Origin: Dictyostelium discoideum
Lineage: Eukaryota
Length of the DNA stretch: 64,000 nucleotides
Assembly (NCBI GenBank): GCA_000004695.1
Contig: CM000151.3
Location: 2,688,001 to 2,752,000, forward strand
Reading direction: 5' to 3'
A program made the position numbers and the translations under genes. The notes beneath the pieces were generated by a model, which was not told the DNA's origin, did not search any database, and was given only the letters and a program-made list of their open reading frames with translations. Every line of letters starts with the position of its first letter. Position 1 is the first letter of the stretch. This document shows, piece by piece, positions 12,367 to 23,049 of the stretch.

Positions 12367-12652
12367 TTATTTATTTAGAGCACCAAGACAAAAACCAGAA
12401 AAAGAGATAATGAATGAAATTCAAGCAATTATTAGACAAATTACAGCAAGTGTTACATTTTTACCACTTTTACCAAATGCATGTACATTTGATTTATTAG
12501 TATATACAAGTAAAGATTTAGCAGTACCTCAAAAATGGGAAGAATCTGATCCAAAATTCATAACAAATTCACAACAAGTTAAACTTAGATCTTTTACAAC
12601 AACAATTCATAAAGTTGAAAGTATGGTTGCCTATAAAATTTCAAATGATTAA
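11843..12652 (+). CDS. Mitotic spindle assembly checkpoint protein MAD2 (HORMA domain); 3 exons: 11843..11915, 12010..12274, 12379..12652
   Basis: The spliced product is MQAAVASKTNISLKGSTEIVTEFFSYSINTILFQRGLYPPESFTRVAKYGLPILVTNDQSLKDYL..VQKLVLVITDIVTKEVLERWVFDV...APRQKPEKEIMNEIQAIIRQITASVTFLPLL..CTFDLLVYTSKDLAVPQKWEESDPKFITNSQQVKLRSFTTTIHKVESMVAYKISND. It is collinear with animal MAD2 over its full length, including IRQITATVTFLP and RSFTTTIHKV. Donors GTAAGT (11916) and GTATGG (12275); acceptors AATAG and TTTAG. Confidence 0.92.
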
Positions 12653-12861
12653 AATAATAAAATAAATAAATATAATAAATAAATAAATAATATATGTATA
12701 GATATAATAAAATAAATAAATAAATAAATAAAATGGGAATAAACTAATATTTATTTCTCAGTAAATAATATTATTTATTTAATTTCCTTCGAAATAAAAA
12801 AAATAATTGTCTTGTTGCTCTTTTAATGAATAATGATCTAATTTTATTTATTTTTTATTAT

Positions 12862-12892
<31 letters not shown>

Positions 12893-12897
<5 letters not shown>

Positions 12898-14467
12898 GAG
12901 TTTGAGGAGTTGAAGGAGCCATTGAAATTTGTTGTGGAGTTGGATTTGGAGTGGTTTGTTTTGAAAGATAATTTTTTACAAGTTCTTCAGTCATTGGTTG
13001 ATAATAGAAAGAAGCATGTCTTTCCTCTTCGAAACCAGTTGAAGTTGTTGATTTTGAAACTTGGAAATCTTTTACTAAATTTGCTGTTGTATCATTTAAG
13101 AAACCTAATGGATCAGATGATAATTTTTCCATGAATTCACGTTTTCTCTTATGTTGATAAACTTTTTGAATATGATGATTAATTTCATCATTCAATTGTG
13201 AAATCTCTTTTCTCATTGTTGGATTTGGATTAAAGATTGGTTCATCAACTTCAACTTGAATATCATATGCTTGTTCATAATCTTTTGCATCTCCTGATAA
13301 ATGTAATGTATATTGAAATTCTAATGGATCAGGTGGTGATAAATGTTCTCTTAATAATTGTGGTATTTGATTAAATTGTAATTCTTCTAAACTAAATATC
13401 TAAAAAAAAAATAAAAAAAATATTAATATATTTTATGTGGGGGTGGAAAAAAAGGAAAAGGGGGTAGAAAGGGGGGAGACGGGGTAGGTAGTTTAATAAA
13501 TATTTTTTTTTTTTTTTTTTTTACATTTTTTAAATTTTCATCACAAGTAATTTTCTTTGTTTCTGCATCTAATAATGTATTTGATTTAATGTAATGCCAT
13601 AATGCTAAAATGATTCTTGGTTTGGTATCTGTGTGAATATTTAATAATTGAGAAAGTCCACCTAATACTTTATATTTTTGTGGTACGTGATCTAAATACA
13701 TTAAAATCTATATAGATTATAAAAAAAGTAAGTACATGTATATTGAAATTTATATAGTATGTATAGGATATTGTGATCACACATACTTTAATATCAACTT
13801 CTTGGTTACCATTTCTTTTAATTTCAAAACCATCAGTTTCAGTAAAAGTTTGAGATTTATCCCATTCACAAGTATCTCTATGACCAATTTGAATGAAAAC
13901 CTTTTTAAAAAATGATGAAAACTTTCTTTTATTTGCTGTTGAGGAGGATGATGATGAGGATTTAATTGATTTATTTACAAGTTCATCTTGAGATTCATCC
14001 AATAATTTACCTTCAACACGTAATGACCATGATGGTCTTTCTTGAACGGAATTTAATGATTTATTATCTAAATGATAGTATGCAGATTGGTTGGAGTATG
14101 TGTTATAGATTGATAAACGAAGTGTACGAATGTTTTTAATACTGTTTCTTCTTGACGCTTCTTGAATATCAATTAATCTTTTATTGATTGATGCATCTAA
14201 TTTCTCTTCAAATTCTAATAATTGTGAAAATAGTAAACATTCTGGTGCAAATGAAATTAATTCCTCAACTGGTAATGTAACCGATGGTGGTAATGATGAT
14301 GGTATACCATTAATTGAATTACCTATATTTGTATTATTACTATTATTGTTACTATTATTATTATTATTTAATGTTGCATTCGCTTTTGCTATATTTGCTG
14401 CAATTGTTGCTGCTGTCGATAATTTCGTTTTCTTTTTTTTATTACCAGTTGTACCATTTTTAGACAT
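12893..14467 (-). CDS. SWI/SNF complex BAF60/SMARCD-like subunit (SWIB/MDM2 domain); 3 exons: 14467..13787, 13707..13525, 13399..12893
   Basis: Exon 2 encodes a SWIB domain (LGGLSQLLNIHTDTKPRIILALWHYIKSNTLLDAETKKITCDENLKN), matching the BAF60 SWIB consensus (..RPRIIAALWQYIK...D......I.CD..L). Exon 3 (IFSLEELQFNQIPQLLREHLSPPDPLEFQY...REFMEKLSSDPLGFLNDTTANLVKDFQV..EEERHASFYYQPMTEEL) matches the BAF60 C-terminal region. The N-terminus is basic and Asn-rich. Donors GTATGT and GTAAAA; acceptors TATAG and TTTAG; all phase 0. Confidence 0.85.
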
Positions 14468-14661
14468 TTTTCCTTTATATTTGATATTTTATTTTATTCA
14501 GAAAAAAAAAAAAAAAAAAAAAAAAATGTCGATAATTTGTATAAATTAAATTAAAATTATTTTTAAAAAGATTGAATATTACAAAATTTCTTTTTTTAAT
14601 TAATTAATTGAAAATATCTAAACTTTTTTTGTTTTTTTATGTGTTTTACAGATGTTCAATC

Positions 14662-14699
<38 letters not shown>

Positions 14700-15069
14700 A
14701 AAAATAAAAAAAAAAAAAAAAGAATTTTTTGGAAATTTTTTAAAAAATTTAAAAAAAAAAAAAAAAACGGTTGTAATTTTTTATTTTATTTAATTTTAAT
14801 TTTTATTTTATTTTTTTGTTGATAAAATTTAAAAAAAAAAAAAATTGTTTTTATATAAAAATTATAATTATTTCACTATTGTACTGCTGGTCAAAACATA
14901 AAATCTAATCGACCCGCTGGTATTGTATTAAAATTATTTAAATTATATTTTTTTTTAATTTTTTTTTTTTTTTTTTATTTTTTTTTTTTTTTTTTTTTCC
15001 AAAGTCCATTTTTTTTTTTTTTATTATTTAATTTCCCCTCGTTGTAATTTTTTTTTTTTTTTTTTTGTT

Positions 15070-15106
<37 letters not shown>

Positions 15107-15673
15107 TTTTTTTCTTTCCAAACACATATTATCATAAATATAAAATAAAAAAAAAAAGGTCAGTAATAAATTTTAAAAACAATCACCATTGTTGTTAAAT
15201 TAATACAATATTATCAATAATAATCTATTTTCAAATCAAATTTTTAGTCATTTTTGGAAGTTAAATAAAATAAAAAAACCAACACACAATCTCAAATTTT
15301 TAGCCATTTTTAGATATCTTGATGTGATTTTTTTTTTTTATTTTTTTATTTTTTTGTTTTCAAAATTGCAATTTATGTCACATTACCACACATAGTAAAA
15401 TAAAAAATAAATAATATTAAAAAAAAAAAAAAAAAAAAATAAACCAAAACTCATTTTATCTCATCATAATGTGTTTTTTTTAATTAATATGTGATATGAT
15501 AGGTATATTGATAGTAGTTATAATAATAAAAATAATTGTCACACACATTCACACATACATACCACCACCACCACCACTCTTTCTCACATAGAGAGAATAC
15601 ATATCAAACATTCACCCACTCTTACTACTTTTTTTTTCTGTGAGTGTGTTTGTGTGTTGCGTTTTTTGTGTTG

Positions 15674-15709
<36 letters not shown>

Positions 15710-16085
15710 TATTTTATTATTCAAATTTCTATTTTTGTTTTTTTGTTTTTTTTTTTAATTTTTTTTTTTTTTTTTTTAATTTATTATTATTATTATTATT
15801 ATTATTAGTAATTTCTTTATCATTCATTTCTTTATAATAAATTCAAATATCAATAAAAATTAATTATTAACATTTTTTTTTTTTTTCCTTTCTTTATAAT
15901 AATAAACAATTAATTTCTTATAGAGAGTGATAATAATCACTTTTGTAAATATATATATTTTTTTTCATTTTTTTTTTTTTTTTTTCATTTCATTCCATAT
16001 TTTTTTTTTTTTTAAATTATTAAAATAAAAAAAAAAAAGTTTATCAGGCAACTACGATTATAAAAAAAAAAAAAAAAAAAATAAA

Positions 16086-19000
16086 ATGTATTCAACAAAT
16101 TCATCATCAGATGATGAAGAAAAAGAATTAATGGATGAAATTCAATTGAATCAAAATTTAAGTGGTAGTTTTGGTGGAATTGGATCATCATCAAATAATA
16201 TTGGAGCATCACCAGGTGGAGATTTTATAAATCAAATGGAACAGGTTTTTAAAACTATTGATACTGAAGAGAATGGAATTATATCAATAACACAATTAAG
16301 ACAAGAGATTGAATCATTAACTGGTGAATCAAGTGAAACCAATCCATTAATTGGTAAATTATTAAATTTTTTAAGAATTGTTCATAGAGCTGAACAACCA
16401 AAAAATGATGATGACGAAGACGAAAATGAAGACGAACAACAAGAGGGTGATGATCAAGAAAATACAGGTGGTAGTGATTTTGAAGATGATTCATCATTTG
16501 AAGATTTAATATTAAATGAAAAGAAACAAATTGAAGAAGATAATACATTTGTTGATCTTCAATCATTTTTAGAATCTATGGCAAGTTATATGGATGGTGA
16601 AGATCCAAAAAAATTACGTGAGAAACAAATTGAGAAATTAAAATTACCAAAATTTAAGGTACCAATTGACTTATTGAAAAAGTATAATATCACACCAAAA
16701 TTTTTATCACCATTAATTTCTGGTGGTAATAATTCACTAAATAATAATGATTCACCAAACAGCGGTGGTGGTGGTAGTAATATGGTATTTTCACATTTAA
16801 ATAATAGTCCATCAAAAAGTGGTGGTGGTGGATCATCAAATAAATTTAATAGATTATTTACAGCGAAACCAATGGTAACATTTGAGCAATTTAATCAGTT
16901 AATTACAAAATTAAATTATGGTAAAGAAATACCAAAACAAAAGTTATTAATGCATTTACATGATTTACCAACTGATAAAGATGATTGTATTGATGCAAAT
17001 TTATTTTTATCAAGTTTTGGTGGTTTAAATCATCCAATGTCACCAAAGTTAACTTATAATGATGATGGTGAGGAAAATCTACAACAACAGCGATATAATA
17101 ATGAAAAAAAAGAAAATCAATTTAATATAAATTCACGTGGTAGTGGTAATACAAGTCCACCAAATGTTAAAATTAATAATAATAATAATACTAATAGTAA
17201 TAGTAATACCAATATCAATAATACATCAACTAATAATATTAGTCAATGGAATTCAAAGAATACACAAATTGTTGATCAACTTCAAGATTCATATAAAATT
17301 TTAGAGAAAGAAGTTGAGTCATATCAAAGTGAGTTATCAATGTTGGAGAAATCTAGACAAATTCAAGACTCAACATTAAAGAAAAAAGATCAAGAAATTG
17401 ATAAGCTTAGAAAGGAGGCTAGATTCGTCGATGGTATGAGAGACGCTAATAAAGATTTAATGGTACAAAATCAAAATTTAAAAAATCAATTATCAAAATT
17501 AACTTTGAATGAAGAATTGTTACGTGAAAGTATCGATCAAGAAAAAGATAGATTACGTGAAGCAATGGAATCGAATGTATTGAAAGAATTGGAACTTAAA
17601 AAATTAAAACTTTTATTAAAAACACAACAAAATATTAATAATAAATTATCAATGATGGTAACATTCAGTGATGACACCCTACAAGAAGGCGGCGGCGGAG
17701 GTAGTGGCACAAATTCACCAAGTGGTGCTGGTGGTTCAATTAATTTCACAAGTAAAAGAATAAAACCAACAATTGATAGAGCAAAACAAGTCCTAAGTAG
17801 ACAAAAATCAGATAAATTCGAAATCGATAAATATTCAACCATTCATGCAAATAATAATTTCTCAATGTTTTTAAAACAACAACAATTACAATTACAAGAA
17901 AAACAAGAAAAACAATATCAACAACCATATTATTACACAAGTGGTACAAATTCACCACAATCTTTACAATCTGAATTTGAAGAATTAAATAAACAACAAC
18001 AGGGTACTACTACTCCACCATTATCACAACAAAATTCAATAAATTATGATAATAACAATAATGATAATGATAATAATGATAATGATGATGGTTCATCAGA
18101 ATTAGATTCTTTAAAGAAACAATTAAGTGGATTCGATTATCAATTACCATCTGAGGGTTCTTTTGATTCTCCATCACATAATCAATCATTTGATTCACCA
18201 ACATTATTATCGTCACCACCAATTTCACAATTAATTTCAAAAGTTTCAGATGGACCACAACCAATTCAAATGATGTCACCAATGACTCCACCATTACCAA
18301 ATCAAATTAGTAGTGGTAATTTATCAATTTCATTAAATGCAACACCATCAAAGGAACAATCTATTAAATCATTATTTTCACCAAATTATATTAGAACTTC
18401 ATCACCATCAATTAAATCTACAACAACAACAACAGCTCCATCATCAGCACCAATTTATTCATCAACTCCTTCAACAAGTACTGCTGCTGCTTTATTATCA
18501 CCATTTAGTTTAAATAATCCTATTACAACAACAACTACAACTACTACCACTACATCCAATACCGTTAATTCTCCATTAAATAATAATAATAATAATAATA
18601 ATAACACATCATCATCATCATCGACAAATATAGCAGGAAATAGCAATAGTAATAGCAATAGTAATAGTAATTTAGGTTATAATACAATTAGCAGTAATAG
18701 TTTTAATAATATAGGTGGTAATGGTTTAACATCAAGTCAATTAATACAGGATCAATTTAATGTGGGTAGTATTAGAAGATTAAAGAAATCAGATATTATT
18801 AGATTACATACATCAGAAATGGAGGAACAAAATGAATCAGCACAAATGTTAATTACAGAGGCAGAGAAAGCATTGGAAGAATTTAAAAAGAATAGTTCAT
18901 TGGAATTACAGCGTTTACAAAAATTATTACAAGAGGAAAGACAACATTCTAAAACATTGGAAAAACAACTCTCTAGCCAATTGGATAAGAATAAAGAGAT

Positions 19001-19118
19001 GGTCACTGGTAAAGAATCTACCAATACTAGTAGTTGGGGTGGTATGCAAAATTTCTTTTCTTTTGTAACAAATTATTTACCTTCAACTTTATTTTGTAAT
19101 TTATCAAGTACAAGTTAA
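16086..19118 (+). CDS. Large hypothetical protein (1010 aa): acidic N-terminus with one EF-hand-like loop, a central coiled-coil, and long Asn/Ser/Thr-rich low-complexity regions
   Basis: Single long ORF. It contains DTEENGIISITQLRQEIESL (EF-hand-like), a heptad-rich region (..LEKEVESYQSELSMLEKSRQIQDSTLKKKDQEIDKLRKEARF..), and a second short coiled-coil near the C-terminus. A small 3' intron near 19030 is possible and was not resolved. Confidence 0.6.
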   Translation: MYSTNSSSDDEEKELMDEIQLNQNLSGSFGGIGSSSNNIGASPGGDFINQMEQVFKTIDTEENGIISITQLRQEIESLTGESSETNPLIGKLLNFLRIVHRAEQPKNDDDEDENEDEQQEGDDQENTGGSDFEDDSSFEDLILNEKKQIEEDNTFVDLQSFLESMASYMDGEDPKKLREKQIEKLKLPKFKVPIDLLKKYNITPKFLSPLISGGNNSLNNNDSPNSGGGGSNMVFSHLNNSPSKSGGGGSSNKFNRLFTAKPMVTFEQFNQLITKLNYGKEIPKQKLLMHLHDLPTDKDDCIDANLFLSSFGGLNHPMSPKLTYNDDGEENLQQQRYNNEKKENQFNINSRGSGNTSPPNVKINNNNNTNSNSNTNINNTSTNNISQWNSKNTQIVDQLQDSYKILEKEVESYQSELSMLEKSRQIQDSTLKKKDQEIDKLRKEARFVDGMRDANKDLMVQNQNLKNQLSKLTLNEELLRESIDQEKDRLREAMESNVLKELELKKLKLLLKTQQNINNKLSMMVTFSDDTLQEGGGGGSGTNSPSGAGGSINFTSKRIKPTIDRAKQVLSRQKSDKFEIDKYSTIHANNNFSMFLKQQQLQLQEKQEKQYQQPYYYTSGTNSPQSLQSEFEELNKQQQGTTTPPLSQQNSINYDNNNNDNDNNDNDDGSSELDSLKKQLSGFDYQLPSEGSFDSPSHNQSFDSPTLLSSPPISQLISKVSDGPQPIQMMSPMTPPLPNQISSGNLSISLNATPSKEQSIKSLFSPNYIRTSSPSIKSTTTTTAPSSAPIYSSTPSTSTAAALLSPFSLNNPITTTTTTTTTTSNTVNSPLNNNNNNNNNTSSSSSTNIAGNSNSNSNSNSNLGYNTISSNSFNNIGGNGLTSSQLIQDQFNVGSIRRLKKSDIIRLHTSEMEEQNESAQMLITEAEKALEEFKKNSSLELQRLQKLLQEERQHSKTLEKQLSSQLDKNKEMVTGKESTNTSSWGGMQNFFSFVTNYLPSTLFCNLSSTS

Positions 19119-19189
19119 AAAAAAAAAAAAAAAATAACACTCACATATATATATACATAACTCCTACATATAAAAAAAAAAAAAAAAAA

Positions 19190-19190
19190 A

Positions 19191-19244
<54 letters not shown>

Positions 19245-19246
19245 AT
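19190..19246. repeat. (ATCA)n microsatellite, about 14 copies
   Basis: Direct reading 'atcaatcaatcaatca...'. Confidence 0.9.
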
Positions 19247-20038
19247 AAATAACTTTATTTTTTTTTTTTTATTTTTCTTTTAAGGTTTTTTTTTTTTTTT
19301 TAATAAAAATAGTAAATAATAATAATTATAATAATAACCACACCCCCTTCCCCCTGTCCCCTCATTTTCTCTTCTCTTCGCCAATAAAAAAAAAAAAACA
19401 ATTAATTGTTATGTCAAAAAATTGTATTACTAACTTTTAAAAAATAAATAAAAAAATAATATATTATTTAACACATTTTATCTCTTCTCTCTCTTTTTTT
19501 TTATTTATTTATTTTATTATATTTTTTTATTTATTTTTATTTTAAAATTTATTTATTTTTATTTATTAATTTATTTATTTATTTAATTTTTCATTTTTTA
19601 TTTCTTTTTTTTATTTTTTTTATTTATTTAGTTTTTTTCTTGCTTTCAATTATTTCTATAATCTTGATAAAAAATTGGTCAAATTTACAAAAGAATATAT
19701 TCTAAAGAAAATAAATCAAACAAAGTTTTAGGAAGTCCTTTTTTTTTATATAAATATATTATAAAAAAAAAATAAAATGTTTTTTTTTAAAAAAAAAAAA
19801 GGGATAATTAAGTAAGGATTTTTTTTTGAAAGTTTATTTTATTTGAATACTTTGGAACTTTTTTTATTTTCATTTTTTTTTTTTTAATTTTTTCTTATTT
19901 TTTTTTTTTAATTTTTTTAATTTTTTTTTTTTTAATTTTTTTATTTTTTTTTTTAATTTTTTTTTTATTTTTTATATGAGTTTTTGTATGGTGTATGTAG
20001 AAAATTAAGAAGAAAGAGTTTTTATTATTATTATTATT

Positions 20039-21559
20039 ATGGACACTACAACAAACAACAACATAGAAAATAATACAACCGAAAATATAAAAAAAGAAGA
20101 AATTTTAGAAAAACAACAACATGAAGCAATAAAAGAAGAATCTACAACAATAAAAGAAGAAATTATTGAAAAACCTAATATAAATAATAATAATAATAAT
20201 AATAATAGTAATAATAGTAACAATAATAATAATAATAATAATAATAATAGCAGAGAATCTACAACTAATAATAATAGTAGTGGTAATAATATTATTAATA
20301 ATAATAATAATAATATTAATAATAATATTAATAATAATAATAATATTAATAATAATATTAATAATAATAGTAATAGTAGTAGTAATAATAATAATAATAA
20401 TAATTTACCACAAAATGGGTCAACTCATAAAGAGGAATCAACAACATCTTCATCCTCAACAATAAATTCAAACCCAAACCCAAATCCAAATCCAAACCCA
20501 AATCCAAACCCAAATCCAAATCCAATAAATAAAGCACCGACCATACATGGAACAGTAATTACGACGGCAATGTTAACAGGTATAATAAATTCAGTTTCAA
20601 ATATGGATAATATTCGATATAATAATAGTGATAGTGTTTGGGGTTCAAGAAGTGTTGATTCTCATGAAAAAATAGAACAAATTGGTGAAGGTACATTTGG
20701 TCAAGTTTATAAAGCAAAAAATAAATCAAATGGTGATATTGTTGCGTTAAAAAAAGTTATTATGGATAATGAAGTTGAAGGAGTAAGTAAATAAATAAAA
20801 AATATATATATATGTGTGTGTATATATAATTTATAATATTAATTTTATATTATTTATTAAATATAATTTTTTTTTTTAAGTTTCCAATTACAGCAATTAG
20901 AGAAATTAAAATTTTAAAAGAATTAAATCATGCAAATGTTGTAAATTTAAAGGAGGTTGTAACTTCTAAAGCAAGTGCATCCAATAATCATAAGGGTAGT
21001 GTTTATATGGTATTTGAATATATGGATCATGATTTAAATGGGTTAATGGATTCACCAGCATTTAAATATTTTGCACCAGGTCAAATTAAATGTTATTTAA
21101 AACAGTTGTTGGAGGGTTTAGATTATTGTCATCGTAATAACGTTTTACATAGAGATATTAAAGGGTCAAATTTGTTACTTGATAATAATGGTATTTTGAA
21201 GTTGGCAGATTTTGGTCTTGCAAGACCATTCAATTCGAGTGAGAAAAAACAAATTCTAACCAATCGTGTCATCACCCTTTGGTATAGACCACCTGAACTT
21301 TTATTGGGCACCTTTCATTATGGTCCAGAGATTGATATGTGGTCTGTTGGTTGCATTATGGCTGAACTATTATCAAAGAAAACCCTCTTTCCTGGTAGGA
21401 ATTCAATCGATCAATTAGATAAAATTTATCAAGTTTGTGGTTCACCAAATGCAAATAATTGGCCAGAAGCAATGGATTTACCATTTTGGGATGCTTTAAA
21501 ACCAAAAAGAGAATATAATAGTTTAAGTTTAAAAGATTTTTATCAACAGTAAATTGTCA

Positions 21560-21601
<42 letters not shown>

Positions 21602-22364
21602 TTATTATTTCTTTTTATTTTAATCATTACTAACTAATTTATCTTTTTTTTAAAATTTTTTTTTTAATTATTTATTAATTTAAAAACAAAGTGAAAATCC
21701 ATCATTTTTTACAAAAGAAGCATTTGATTTACTAGATAAATTATTATGTATGGATCCAAAAAAAAGAATTACGGCATCTGAAGCATTAGATCATCAATAT
21801 TTTTGGACTGATCCAATGCCAGTTAATCCAAAAGATTTACCTCAATATCCATCTTGTCATGAATATAGAACAAAGAAAAGATTAAGACAACAGAATCAAA
21901 ATCAAAATCAACAACAAAATCAACAACAACAACAACAACAACCACAAAATCAACATCAACAATCACAATATCAAGGCGCAAATGTAAATCATCACAACAA
22001 TCATAATAATAATAATAATCAACCACCACCTTATCAAAATGGTAGTGGTAGTAATAATAGTAATAATTTTAAAAAACAAAGAACAGATTATAATCAACCA
22101 CCACCACCACCACCATCATCATCATCAACATCAAGTTCGACTCAACAACCATTTAATAAAGGACCTTATGGCCAACCACCACAAGTTCAACCACCTGGTG
22201 GTAGTTTTGTTAATGGTGGCAACAATAATTATCCACAAAATAGAAATACTTTACCTCAACAGGGCGGAGGCGGAAATAGACCACCACAATCACAACAAAA
22301 TAAAAATAATTTTCCAACGAATAATAATAGTAGCAGTAATAGTAGAAATCCAAGTCACAGATAG
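20039..22364 (+). CDS. Cyclin-dependent kinase, CDK12/CDK13 ('PITAIRE')-like, related to CDK9; 3 exons: 20039..20782, 20881..21548, 21692..22364
   Basis: Long Asn-rich N-terminal extension, then the kinase core: [77 protein letters not shown], and a C-terminal [19 protein letters not shown] that resembles the CDK12 tail. Donors GTAAGT (20783) and GTAAAT (21549); acceptors TTTAAG and CAAAG. The Q/N/P-rich tail is low-complexity. Confidence 0.9.
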
Positions 22365-22495
22365 AGTCAAAATAATAATAATATTATTAATATAATAAAA
22401 TCAGAAGATATCATCCCGATCATTTATTAAATAAAGATATCATTTTCAAATTTTTTTAATTTTTTTCCTTCCAAAAACCCATACAAATAAAAAAT

Positions 22496-22526
<31 letters not shown>

Positions 22527-22892
22527 TAAAACTAAAAAAAAAAAAAAAAAAAAAAAACAAAAAATAAAATTATATAAATAAAGTTTTATATACACCAAAA
22601 AAAAAAAAAAAAAAAAATTTTAAAAAAAAACCAAAAATAAAAAAAATAAACAAAACCAATTTTGGACTGAACAATGAAAAAATAATATCAATTTTTTTTT
22701 TTAATCTTTTTTTTTTTATTTTTTAATTTTTTTTTTTTTTTAATTTTTTAAAAATTTGAATATTAATTTATTTTTTATTTTTTAATTGACACAAAAAAAC
22801 AAAAAAAAAGAATTTAAATTTTCATTTTCTCTAATAAATTTAAATAATTTTATATATGTGTGTAAACTTAATTTTTTAAAAAAAAGAAAAAA

Positions 22893-22924
<32 letters not shown>

Positions 22925-23049
22925 AAAAAATTTATTGTAGAATTATTTTTCTAGATTTTCTAATGTATATTTTTTAAAATTTTATAAAAAAAAAAAAAAA
23001 AAAAAACTATATAAAAAAAAAACATAAAAAATAAAATAAAAAGGTTATA

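Noticed and set aside
12826-13134. 102-aa plus-strand ORF 12826..13134
   Set aside because: It is antisense to the well-supported BAF60 exon 3 (13399..12893).
20005-20465. ORFs 20005..20223(-) and 20280..20465(+), rich in Leu/Ile
   Set aside because: They are out-of-frame or antisense readings of the (AAT)n Asn-rich N-terminal region of the CDK gene.
21823-22395. ORFs 21823..22029(-) and 22039..22395(+), rich in Val/Asp/His
   Set aside because: They are antisense or alternate frames of the Gln/Asn/Pro-rich C-terminal tail of the CDK gene.
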